Shown here: positions 10,569 through 29,788 of the stretch, piece by piece
Layout: each line of letters starts with the position of its first letter
Numbering within the stretch: position 1 is the stretch's first letter
NCBI GenBank assembly: GCA_003344405.1
Contig: NOWV01000129.1
Coordinates: forward strand, 124,001-188,000
DNA: 64,000 nucleotides
Direction: 5' to 3'
Source of the DNA: Trichoplax sp. H2
Taxonomy: Eukaryota
Translations under genes and position numbers: made by a program
The notes under the pieces: model-generated
What the model saw: only the letters and a program-made list of their open reading frames with translations
What the model was told of the DNA's origin: nothing
Database searches by the model: none

Positions 10569-13500
10569 ATGCAAGTGTCTAATCTTTATAGCAACGACGC
10601 TGACACAACCAGTTCGGATGCTGATTCAGATCCTGAATTACTACCTGGCTGGGAGAAAAGTAAAACATCGACTGGAAGAACCTTTTACGTTGAGTGAGTT
10701 CTACAACATCGTTATCCATCATTCTACAGCCAGCATAATACAGTACTCCAATACAGACTGCATCATCATTCTTCATAACTTCTTTCGGTGTTCATTCCCT
10801 TGGCCATTTTCATTCTATTCAGGTTGCATCGTCTCACCGGCTATTATCAATCTCATCAGTCTATCATGTAGTTAGGCTGGAGTCCTTTGCTAAATACGCA
10901 TATCATGATACAATTGACTTTTGCTTTTGTAACAACAAACTTTTCCATGCATAATATGTATTGTATTGATCTACAGTTCGACAGCTAACTCAATACTCTA
11001 GTAGCGACTGGATGATTGTTGTTATTCCTTTTGGCTTGGGCTAATCGCTGATGCGTTTAGGCTAGAAATCAATTACTGTACTTATACGAGATTGACTTCT
11101 GCCTTCTTGTACTAGTCATGGCATAACAATCATTTACATCGAATGAATTCCGCTACACCTGCACTGTATTTGCTTTTATCCAAGGTTCTACAGCGAACAC
11201 AATACTCTAGTAAGGACTGCATGATGGTTGTTGTGATAGTCATAGACTTACCCATTTTCATTCCGGTTAGGCTAGGTTGGGCTAGTCTCTGCTACGATGA
11301 TGACGGCATATTTGTACCATGGAATGAGGCATTGATCCGGCTTAAGTCCTTTGCTAATCGGCTTCTGCCCTCGTATACAAATAATGTCGTCGTTGATATG
11401 AATACGATGTGATAATACTATTAGCCTGATTGTCATAATTCTTAAATCAACAAATGTGATAACCCTTAAAGCTTCTCCATGTAGCCAGGATTCTGATTCA
11501 TTTCAATTTAGTGTGCAATTACTTTCATGGTATTAAAGTCATCATGTAATCAAAGAATGTTGTCAATATGCAAAACAAGTACACATCAAATCCACGCATT
11601 AACCCCATGTTCACAGTCAAACTCACTTTGGCTTCTCCTGGTAGCCATAATTCTGTCTTAGTTGCCTTCCCCTTGTTCTCAACCAATCTGTATTACATTA
11701 CTTGTATGCTTGTACTACGTAAAAGTAATTTTGCAGTAATAGGATGTTGTCAAGGCTATTAATGATACTCATATAAATGGACTTTATCTTCATTTCTTTA
11801 TCGTTATAATGTACACGTTTACTATACTGTACAATGCTAACTGAAATACTGTACATGATTGTCTTATTGATAGCCATAATACTCAAACGACACAGTGGGA
11901 ACATCCGCAACGTAGCCACAAGAAACCGCATCAAAAGATCGGTAATGCACCATATACTAATGCTAGTGTAATTATGCTTTAATGTTGACAATCTTCACAC
12001 ATCAAGAAATCATAATAGAGCACTCTAGTTGCACTGTATGTTGTATTCATTCAATCATCCGTTGCTTAAGTTAATCATGGATGATCATCTTAGTCCATGC
12101 CTTATGCAATTCTCTTGTTGCACCGTATGTTGTGTTCATAAAATCGTCCATGGTATCAACTTACTGCTATTCTGTAGGTTACTCGTTCTTTGTGTTAATA
12201 AAGGTTAGCCATGCCAATTAGCAATTCAATAATTCCAATTCTAATCTCAGATTTACCATTTGGCTGGATTCAAATCAAGAACGAAAATGGTACAATTCTC
12301 TATGTCAAGTAAGTTGTTCATTAAAGTGTTACTCCAAAGTCATGATAGAAATGAACTACTGTAATCATAATCAATACGATTCCAAAGAGTTGATGCATTT
12401 TAATACTGTTAGAGTATGCAATAAAATTATTTAAATTAGGTAGCCATCAAGATATTCTTGTAATAATTTCGGTAATCGCATTTCAACAATCTTATTTAGT
12501 CAAAGAAATCAAAAGAAAACCTATGTAGATCCAAGATTAGCTTTTCGAATGAAGAAAAATCGCCGAGTATTTGATGCTGTTTCAACATCAATGGACGTCC
12601 TACAGGGTAGAAACTTATCCGGTGGAATTGCACTAATAACTGGAGCTACTAGCGGAATTGGTTAGTTTGTGGTCTTACTAGGTCTAAAATTAGTAATTTT
12701 ATTCGATTTGCTGCTTTTGAGTAGTTATGAGCCCTTTGTATATACGCGTAAAGTGTATATAACCTTAAAATCTCAATTTAAAGCTAGTACATCTGATCTA
12801 GTATAAATTTAGGAAAAATTTTAATTCATTACGATAGATAAGGGAATCATGGCTTATATTATTGTTATTTAGCATATAAAATTATGAATAATTCGTATTT
12901 ATTTCCATGTATGACAATGAATACCGTCAATGGTTATACACACACAATCAATTAGTATGTTATTACTTCATAAAGACGTAGACTACTGGGCAAATAGATA
13001 ACTTCAAAATTGATTAGTAAATTCAACATATCGGATACATGCTAAGTGCAGCCTAAGCTTATTTTTATCATGTAAAACTTGACTACACTCATAGATTTAT
13101 TAGAATATTGCTGCTCGATCGATACTGGTATTACATTCTAGCTCTGATATCATTGCTAGTAAATGATTGATTATTGTCTTATAGCCAAATTGCTGATCAA
13201 TGTTTAGGATTTGAGACCGCTCGAGCTCTCGCACTGCATGGGGCTTTAGTCATAATGGGCTGTCATGATATCGTAAAAGGATCTATCGCAGCAAAGAAGA
13301 TTACAAAAGAAGAGGTTCATCTACTCTTTAAATTACGAACAATTAAGATATGAGACCTATTCGTACAAGTTAAAAAAATGAGGCAGTTACCCATAATTTC
13401 TATTTGCAAATACTTCCCTTCTACTACTGTACATAATTATAGCAAGACTTAACTTTTTATATTTTCTGCCCTAATTATTCTGTGTTTTCATAGCCTCTGG

Positions 13501-14585
13501 CGAAGATTGACGTTATAGAAGTAGATCTATCGTCTTTAAAGAGTATAGCATGCTTAGCTGATGAAGTTTTAAAAAAATACAGGTCGGCAACTTTATGGGA
13601 TTACTACGTGAAAAATTACCTTGACTAAGGTCTGATCAATCTTGTATTACTTGTATCATTCAGGCAATTACATGTAATCATTTGTAATGCTGGTGTATTG
13701 GGATTACCGTGGAGACTAACTACGGACGAATTGGAATACACTTTTACTGTGAATTATATTGGTCATTTTTATCTCGTAAAATTGTTAACTGAGCTTCTTA
13801 TTTCCTCCTCGCCGGCAAGAGTTGTTGTTATTTCTTCTGAGTCTCACAGGTCTGCTGAATTATGCTTGTCAAACATTCACATATTATCGCATTAAGAATT
13901 GACGTCTTTTGCATTGCAATTTCATTTTAGATTTCCCACTACTGATGGAAGTTCGTTTAATGTGGAAAATATTCTACCTTCAAAACAGCAATTTATCCCA
14001 ATGGAGGCTTATAATCAATCCAAATTATGTGGAATATTATTTAGTAACGAATTCAATCGTAAATATTCATGCTACGGTGTGACGTCGAATGCGGTTCACC
14101 CAGGCAATTTATTGCCAACTTCGCTATGTCGAAATTCATGGTTTTATACAATTTTATTTTTATTGGCTAGGCCTTTTGCTAAGTCTACTGTAAGTAGCAT
14201 TGCTAATGAATGATATAGATGTATTCGATATTTCGCAGTACGCTAAAGTTATAAGAACCTCAACAAATTTAATATATTAAGATCAACAAGCTTGCTACTA
14301 CTCGTATCCGTATTCCACAATTAGTATAATTTTATAATATGAAATTTGATGGATAGTTTATTTCTCTCGTTTTAATTGTTATAATCATTTTAGGTGCAAG
14401 GTGCTGCTACGACTACTTTTTGTGCAGCAGCTAGAGAGTTGAATGGTGTTGGCGGTTCTTATTTTAATAATTGCCAACGCTGTGATCCATCGCCTGAATC
14501 TCAAAATGAAGAGTTAGCAAGAGCTCTATGGAAATATACTGAAAGTTTATTAAGCTGTAGAACGATTCGGTTACTTCCTCAATAA
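10569..14585 (+). CDS. WWOX: WW domain-containing oxidoreductase; exons ~10569-10693, 11874-11941, 12251-12308, 12500-12660, 13208-13314, 13494-13582, 13664-13848, 13931-14189, 14394-14585
   Basis: WW1 ([30 protein letters not shown]), WW2 ([16 protein letters not shown]) and an SDR domain with [23 protein letters not shown], catalytic AYNQSK and QGAATT. Confidence 0.97.
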
Positions 14586-16177
14586 ATTAATAAATTCTGT
14601 ATTTATAAATTATTATGAACCATTTCCTCGATCATGAGTAGTCAAATGAAATTCTTATATGCCACCCAAATCCTAAACTACCACCGTATGTACATATTTT
14701 ATTAGGATAAATAATTATTTGCTGTGTTATTGATACAGTATATCCTGATAGTTATTATTGTTATAATTAGAGATAATAAATATCCACTATAATCATGACA
14801 AATTACTTAATGAATACTATGTAAACGTGTATCATTTTATTTGCTGTTAATGCATCAATTTTATACCTCTTAACTGACTGAAAATAAAGCTGTTTCTACC
14901 TAAGGTGCTATCTGAATCGGATCAATACAAATATATCATTAATTAACGGAGATGATAATAACAATAAAAGCATAATCTAAGGCGGTAATAATTAATCAAC
15001 ACAATAGATGACAAGTACGAGTAATAGTAACAAAAAGTTTAGAAATCGTAAACTAAGCTATAAATCGTAATAGGCTTATACCTTATTTCTTGCAAGTAGG
15101 AAAGCGTGCAATCGATCTTGTAGTTCATCAGGATATTTTTCAAAGTTGGTGAGCGCCAGTATTTACTCGTATAAACGAAAATAGGTACTCTTTCTTTTGT
15201 ACTAGTACGTAGAATACTAGAATTAGTGTCAATCTAGTACTCCATGAGTAACTCACTTTAAGATACATCTGGCACATTGCTCGATATAAAATTTAGCTTG
15301 TTTTGTTTTAACGCGACACAATCAATGCTTGGCTTCACTACGTTCAAATTTAAATAAACTCGTGTCGAAAAATTAATCAATGTGACAAGATAGCCATTAA
15401 AAAGATCACTTGCTATTACATGATGTATATATTTATTTATTGTAATCCACACAATTTTTACTTATCCAGAGATAATATGCATTTCTTTACAAGACCATTC
15501 CTGAAGTTATAAATCATTATTTATATAATTAATTACCTTATTTACAACATCGAGATAGACAGCGCAAAGTGAGTTCTATTGCTTTAAATGTTATGACATT
15601 ACTATGCATAAAACAACTTGAAGGCTCTTCCGCTTAAATTAAAAAATAATAATGACAGTACAGTCATGAATGAATGCTTAAAAAGCGTTTTAGCTGAATG
15701 TATATCATGCAGTCGTTTAGTAAGAATTTCTATAATTACAATGATACTAGTACATAATTTAAACCTGTTTTTATCATTTCGTAAAACTATCATTGCAATT
15801 ATACATATAAAATGCAGAGGCTCAGCACTTGTCATGGTTAAATTTATGGACAAGGAAAACGTGAGCGAAACTTGAACATTTGGTAGTTTCTATTAGGGTT
15901 ATTAACTGTAAATGTCCGATGCTCTTCGAATAGTATTAAGTACGGCGTCCACTCATTGCAATTGCTGAAAAATTATAACTTCTTTCAACTAATGTAGTTG
16001 TTTCACAATTTAATAACAAGTCGAAGTACTAATTGAATGATAATTAACGTTAAAATAATTCATTTTTCGTGACATTTAAAATATCAAAAATCATTGTACA
16101 GTAGTTTGGTTTCACGCACATTGAAATATGCAAAATGCAATTATTATAATGAAATACGACGAAAAGCCAACTTTAAC

Positions 16178-22853
<6,676 letters not shown>

Positions 22854-23214
22854 CTTGATGGAGTGGATTGAGCAAATAACGCAAGCGCACCTCCTTCCTT
22901 TGTGCAGGTCACCCTTTGGGTGGCGTCTTGCTGTTTTTACCTTCACCCTCCAACCCCGAGTGAAGCCAAAGTGAATGAGACGTGATGACTGTATGAAGCG
23001 CTTCGTTCGTTTTCTATTCAATGGAAAGCTGCCTTGTCAGTCATCCATCCGCTCTTCCTGTCAGCTCAGTCTCATTGAACTACAGTTGACTACTGTATGG
23101 GTATTCGATTTATTTTCTCCTCAATCGAAAGCGGCCTTCGATCTGTCCAGTCTTCTGTCCTTCATGAAATTCGACGTTGATCCGATCCGGTTCTGCTCCG
23201 GACCTCGGTCCGCA

Positions 23215-23280
23215 GAGGTACAGTGCAAAGTACTGACTGGTCTGACGAGAGCTACTGTACACTGTACACTGTACTCTCCA
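23215..23280. repeat. Short GTAC-rich tract upstream of ATG16L1
   Basis: GGTACAGTGCAAAGTACTG...CTACTGTACACTGTACACTGTACT. Confidence 0.75.
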
Positions 23281-23329
23281 AGTCTCTAGTCTGGACGGAG
23301 AAGAAGTTTTGCTGATGTCGGTGCAAGCA

Positions 23330-24560
23330 AATGTCGAAAAATTGAGAAAATTTGCGAGTTTGTGCAATTGATTTTCCATTTTCAATTCAATTTTATACCA
23401 CAACGAAAGAGAACGAGTTGATTGACAAGATTCCGTCGTCGAACTATCAGTGCAGTACTCAGTGTACGCACTGTACAGTACTGTACTGTATTAACCAATC
23501 CTATTTCGTAGCATTTGTGCCTATAAAGGGAGTTGAATTTTGGGCAATTTTGGTATAAGCAATTGTAGAAAAGTGGCGAGCTGGTGCAATCAATTTTGCA
23601 TTTTCAATGCAATTTTATACCAAACGAAACAGAATGAGTTGATTGACAAGATTCCGTCGTCAAACTATCAATACAGTACTCAGTGTACGCACCGTACTGT
23701 ATTGACCAATTCTATGTTGTAGTATTTGTGCCTATAAAGGGAGAAGAATTTATTTTTGGCGATTTTGATACATGCAAATGTAGGAAAGTGGCGAGCTTGT
23801 GCAATCGATTTTCCATTTTCAATGCAATTTTATACCAAACGAAAGAGAACGAGTTGATTGACAAGATTCTGTCGTCAAATTATCAGTACAGTACTCAGTG
23901 TACGCACTGTACTGTATTGATCAATTCTATTTTGTAGCATTTATGCCTATAAAGGGAGTTGAATTTTGGGCAATTTTGGTACAAGCAATTGTAGAAAAAT
24001 GGCGAGCTTGTGCAATCGATTTTCCACTCAATTTTATACCAAACGAAAGAGAATGAGTTGATTGACAAGACTCCATCGTCAAACTATCGGTGCAGTACTC
24101 AGTGTACGCACCGTACTGTATTGACCAATTCTATGTTGTAGCATTTGTGCCTATAATAAAGGGAGAACAATTTATTTTTGGCGATTTTGATACATGCAAA
24201 TGTAGGAAAGTTGCGAGCTGGTGCAATCGATTTTCCATTTCAATTTTATACCAAACGAAAGAGAATGAGTTGATTGACAAGACTCCTTCGTCAAACTATC
24301 AGTACAGTACTCAGTGTATGCACTGTACTGTATTGACCAATTCTATGTTGTAGCATTTGTGCCTATAAAGGGAGTTGAATTTTTGACAATTTTGGTACAA
24401 GCAATTGCAGAAAAGTGGCGAGCTTGTGCAATCGATTTTCAATGCAATTTTATACCAAATGAAAGAGAATGAGTTGATTGACAAGACTCCATCGTCAAAC
24501 TATCAGTGCAGTACTCAGTCTACGTACTGGACTGTATTGACCAATTCTATTTTGTAGCAT
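23330..24560. repeat. Tandem array of ~6 units of ~205-220 bp with alternating A/B variants
   Basis: Anchor GAGTTGATTGACAAGA recurs at ~23415, 23636, 23851, 24055, 24267 and 24471. Unit tails alternate between GAGTTGAATTTT.. and GAGAA.AATTTATTTTTGGCG.. Confidence 0.97.
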
Positions 24561-24594
24561 GAGTAGCTAGGAATAACTTTATGACGAGACTGAA

Positions 24595-25395
24595 CTGCTG
24601 TACTGGAAAGCTCCAAGCTGATTTTTTACTGACAGTACAGTATACTGAAGCAGCGTTCATTGCCATGGACATTACACACTGTACACGAATAGTACTACGC
24701 TACTGTATACTGGGAATTGGGACAAAGTCGCTATCATGGCGAGCCAGAGCATTGCAATGGAAGATCTTTGGAATCTGTCAGTCATGCTCTTGTTAGAAAC
24801 TTGAGCTATGCTATGCCAACCCATGATTAACCCGCAGTCTAAAGCTGACAACTCTGGTACCAGCTATGCTGTACTCAAGAATAGAATTGTTCCTATCCAT
24901 TGCACAGTATCTTAATCATTTGCCAGCTATTTTGCATCCAAGTCATTCTCCGCTCAGTAATGCAAAGAATCGTAGGTTCTCCTCCATTTCTATCATCGAT
25001 ACTCTTCACAGTGAAGGCTTGCTTCCATGCTAAACCATTCAGCATCAAATGTCCTAAGTCATAGAAGAAAAGTATCGGTTGTCTTGCATGATTGGGATTC
25101 AGTGCCCCTTCCTTGCTAGCCACAGTCATTTGCATACAACTCGCTCTGCATTCCCACTGTTCATGAACAAGTAGCACTGCACCTCCATGCTCAATTGCTC
25201 ATTTAGGAAATTAGATCGCTTCGCGGCGTCATAATCGATCATGGATCGGTAACCTTAACTGTTCGACACCGTCATTTTGCCTACTCTGCACTTGGCTAAA
25301 TGCCTTGAAGAAAATAAATCAATATCAATATAGGGTAATAATATTGTCATATTGATTAACTGTATACTAGTGTACACTGTACAGTATAGAGAGCA
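24595..25395. promoter_or_regulatory. PIN4 upstream region with GTAC-rich patches (24595-24710, 25360-25395)
   Basis: ACAGTACAGTATACTG, CACTGTACAC and CTGTATACTAGTGTACACTGTACAGTATAG, the last ~80 bp upstream of the PIN4 ATG. Confidence 0.5.
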
Positions 25396-25468
25396 CGAGA
25401 CGGATATACGTACTACAGGACCTGAACCATTTCGAGAGCGAGTTCGGTAGTCCAAGCCCATCGTCAAC

Positions 25469-27188
25469 ATGCCTAAGAAAGGCCAAGCTAAAGGTAAACC
25501 TCCATCAAATGGAGAAAATGAAAGCAATCATTGCATCTACCATTTTTTATAGTCTATAAAATAGACCAGCAAGATTGTCGTTTGACGAATGTAGTCATGG
25601 AATAGGGCTATCGTAATCAAATTGATAGGAGCTATTTTTATTCTAGATTTACCTTTGCCTACATGACCAATTTTGGCCCTTGTTTGCAAGGATTGAATTA
25701 GGTCATGCAACGATCGTAGTTTTGTTATTTTACGATCAGCCAACCACTGGAATAGCATGATACTACGCTACACTACTGTCGAAGTAATCATATTAAACGT
25801 AGATGGTATCAATCGAGTTGTTCAAACTCTTCATATCATAACATTGACTGCATGACAGACGTCATTGCCAATGCTACACAAGGTGTTTGGTTAATGAACG
25901 CAACCAGTTTAGTCGGTTGGCAACGCTGTGATGAATGGCTTGAATTGAATTTGATATTGCATTTTGTGTATAGTCTATCTTATAAATAATAAATATGCTA
26001 TTTCTACCCTGCATATATTTCATCAAGGCAAAGGGAGCTCATCCACTAGTGCAGCAGAATCAGCTACATCTTCCGATAAGAAAAAGGGCAAGAGTAAAGG
26101 TGGCACTGCTGTAAAGGTAAGCCTACGACAAGAAACCTTGACAACGCTGCTACGCCATGGCATCATGATGCAGTAGCATTTGAGTGCATTCGATAAAATG
26201 GTCCTTAGTGTTTTATCGATGGCAGATACAGCGTGATTATTAGAATGGCTCTACTGACGGTGCTATAAAATAGAAGATATCTGCAATTACGTATAGATTG
26301 AAGCTAGGCTGCTACCCATTGAATGATGGTTCATTGCATTCACATCTCTAAAATTAATTTACTATTACAAATACAGTAGTTCATTCCACTAGTACACCTT
26401 CAGTATTCTCTTATTATACTTGCTAGGTTCGACATATACTATGTGAAAAACACTCTAAAGTTATGGAAGCTATGGCCAAATTAAAGGAAGGAATTGCTTT
26501 CAATCAAGTAGCTACGCAATACAGTGAAGATAAAGCTAGACAAGGGGTAAGCAAGCAACACAAAATACAGCATAAGATAGTCTTGGACCTAGAACGGGCG
26601 ATAATTACTGTAGTGTTACATAAATCTCGTTCAGTAAAAATAGATGGCAAATTTTTAGTAAATAGTTGTAAGTAATCACGATATTGATAGTCTTACTTGT
26701 TATACTAGGGTGATCTAGGATGGATGACTCGGGGATCAATGGTAATAAGTTTGCTATACTTACACTTAAATTAGGCATTGCTGTCATGATAACAGTTGTT
26801 GTACTTATCTAATCCGTTGTTGCAATGCAGAAATGTACTTTAGCCAATTGTCATCTTTTTCTTTGGCATTGTGAATCATTGAATCGAATGAATAACCTAA
26901 TTAAAATTGCACAGTGGCTACAAAACCATTTTAACTTGCAGCCTAATTACTTTTCTTTTGCATGATTGAGGAAATAACGCAACATGTAGAATTATAATGT
27001 CTAATAGATATGGTAGCTTTCTGTATATCTTTCTAAGCAATCTTCTGCATGTAACTGCTTAGGTTGGACCATTTCAAGAAGCTGCCTTTAACTTGGAACC
27101 TAGCACGGTAGCCAGTCCATCATATACAGACCCACCAGTTAAAACTAAATTTGGTTATCACATCATTATGATTGAAGGGAAAAAGTAG
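25469..27188 (+). CDS. PIN4: Parvulin-type peptidyl-prolyl isomerase PIN4 (Par14); exons 25469-25493, 26028-26116, 26427-26546, 26709-26741, 27063-27188
   Basis: [94 protein letters not shown]. Confidence 0.98.
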
Positions 27189-28626
27189 AATAACTACATG
27201 AGTGCTAAATTTAGGCACGTCATTTTTAAGCGTTGTATATATATCGTAAGATATTATTTGTAAGCAGTCACGATGTGTTCATTTCTATAACGTAATATCT
27301 TGTAAAATCATGGTAGCGTCAATTTCAATACCACACAAATTTAGAGATGTTTGGTTTATTATTGCCGCCATGGCATGGATGCTGGCACAGTGAGATAATG
27401 TTGATATGCGAGAAGACGGATATGGTGGCTATTCTACTTTACCTTCCGAAATTGAGGAATAATTGACGTTGACATAGACGATGCTAAAATGTGTGATACA
27501 ACCGAGAACACAAAAATAGCATTTATTTTGATATCAACGCCTCAAAATAGGCTTCCCAATAGAGTAGAAGATGAAAACTATCCCTTATTGGAAATATTTC
27601 TATTTAGGATTTATTGAACTAGATTAAAAAGAATAAATGATTACAACGTTCAGGATCAACTCTAATAAATTGATATTATGCCATTTTACTCTAAAGTTTA
27701 TATACGTGTATTTCTTCGTCGCATCAAAGCTTCTATTTCTGTCTTACCATATAGAAAGATTGAATGTATTTTTCAATTGTTGACAAGACTACAACGTTAG
27801 ATTAAAATATCTAGCTAATCTCTACTAAGACCACTTTACAGTTTTGAGAGAGGAATAAATAACAAGTGGGATAATATCATCTCTGTAACTTCTTGATGAA
27901 ATGTTTCAGCCAGTGTTTGAATATCTGCCAGATCCAATTTAATGTATTAAAATACGAAAGTTAGGAGTTAATACTTCAAGCCATTTCGTATCTAACCTGA
28001 GTCATGGATTTTCTATAGAGTGTATTACTATAAAGTTTTAGAAAAATTATGTCTGCTATAATTTCCCTATCAAGATCGCGCTAAAGGTTACATGCTCATC
28101 GTTAAAATGCCATATTAGTATCACAACGCCCTATTGCAAACTATCATGCTATTGACTAATTTATTGTTCGATGATATACCCTTTACGCGTGCTAAAATTA
28201 GAAATTTTATTAATAAAAAAGGCTAATTTTTATCGATACAAGATACAGCTGAATAATGAATCATTAAGAGAGTAAGCATAACAATGTAGTAAACTGTTAT
28301 TTAAACTGAACGTGAGAATTTTAATATTGTGGTTATATCCTGCCAAATAAATATCTCCAAGTAGCAGCATTAACAAAAATTGAGTAAAAGTATATTCAAA
28401 TATCTCCTTTAAAGTTTGGTAGTTAAGATACAGAATCAATCAATTCTATTACTTATCAACATAAAATAGGTTCAATTAACAATAATTATAATTATCAGAA
28501 AATGCCCTGTTGGGTTGATATCTGACCTCTTTTGTAGATCCCTTGAGGAAAGTTGTTTTATTACAGTAGTTGATTTTGATCACTTTTTAAAGCTTTTCGT
28601 TACATGAATTAGTTAAAAGCATTATA

Positions 28627-28960
28627 CTTTTGTCTTTAAGTGCAGTAAAATCATATTTAGTTATTAGTAGCAAATTGTGCCTAGTAAACACAACAAGAAC
28701 GTAGCTTCCATTTTATACTTTTAGCAGATTTTGAGAAGCAGCCAGTAGAAATATAGATAAATAGGAACATTCAAACTGAAATATAAGTTAATATTTTTGT
28801 CTTTTCAAGTGCAGTAAAATCATTCTTTCAAGTTATTATTAACAGATTATGCCTGGTTAGCACAACAAAGAAGTAGCTTCTATTTCATCATTTTTAGCAG
28901 ATTCAAGAAGTAGCTAGCAGAAACATAAATAAATAGAAATATTCAAATTGAAATATAAGT
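28627..28960. repeat. Diverged ~167-bp tandem duplication
   Basis: TTTTGTCTTT..AAGTGCAGTAAAATCAT...GTAGCTTC...TTCAAA.TGAAATATAAGTT at ~28627 and ~28794. Confidence 0.85.
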
Positions 28961-29254
28961 TGAAAAAGGTACTATTTGACAATGGAAAGGAAATAGCAAG
29001 AAAAAACGTTTTAAACATAGGATAGTAATGAATAGCTCGCAGTCGTTTCAGGAAAACAAATAAGATGATTCATTGCTATCGTCATATTAGCTGTAAAATG
29101 ATTAAAATGATTCATTGCTGTATTATTAGACTAAACATGGTACCAGTTGGAGATTCTAATTAAAATGAGATTGAATAGTGATAGTCACAATTCTATTATA
29201 CCTAAAAAGATCCGTACTTGTAATTTATTTAATATAGCAATGAAATGTAAGACT

Positions 29255-29580
29255 AACAGTAAGTAAAATCATTTCAGAATGATAACATCTGTGATCGCCA
29301 TTCTATCAAGGTTATTCTGCATAGTTGTAGTAAGCTAATACACCCATCAAATAACTCCCTTGAATAAGAGTACATTACTCAAAACAATTACCTAGATAGT
29401 CCCCACGTCGGGCCAATTGGTATAATCCTATTGAGGTAAGTTTATGACTTCAACAAGAATTCTACAGCTGTAATTATGATTTCGTGGAAGCTATTTGGGC
29501 AATGGATATCTGTTGAACTGATAAATACGTATAGGTACGAAGTACTTGTACTCGCGCTCTTTTACATAGGAAGACTTGAA
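29255..29580 (-). pseudogene. Degenerate tandem copy of the GPCR C-terminal coding end plus 3' flank
   Basis: 29470-29580 resembles 29785-29881 (GTACTTG..CGCTCTTTT..ATAGGAAGACTTGA), and 29260-29470 resembles 29600-29790 (AAAATCATTT, TTCTGCATAGTTGTA, TGAGGTAAG). Confidence 0.7.
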
Positions 29581-29788
29581 TTATAGAAATGAAGTAGAAG
29601 ACTAAATAAAATCATTTTATAATGGTAAGATCCATAGCCTCCATTCTACCATGATAATTCTGCATAGTTGTATGCTTTGAATTAGAGTACATTTATTCGA
29701 AGTGGTTACACAGAAAGCTCAAATGCCAGGCCAGTTGGAATACCCATGCTGAGGTAAGATTGTGACTTTGGGAATTCTTCCACCGTAA

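Noticed and set aside
14850-15900. Exon-like minus-strand segments between WWOX and ATG16L1 (e.g. LTNFEKYPDELQDRLHAFLLARNK|GT)
   Set aside because: No consistent start-to-stop model could be built; several frames are equally open and no family was recognised.
23330-24560. CRISPR-like array or repeated small ORFs
   Set aside because: Whole units repeat without unique spacers, there are no cas genes, the context is eukaryotic, and frames shift between units.
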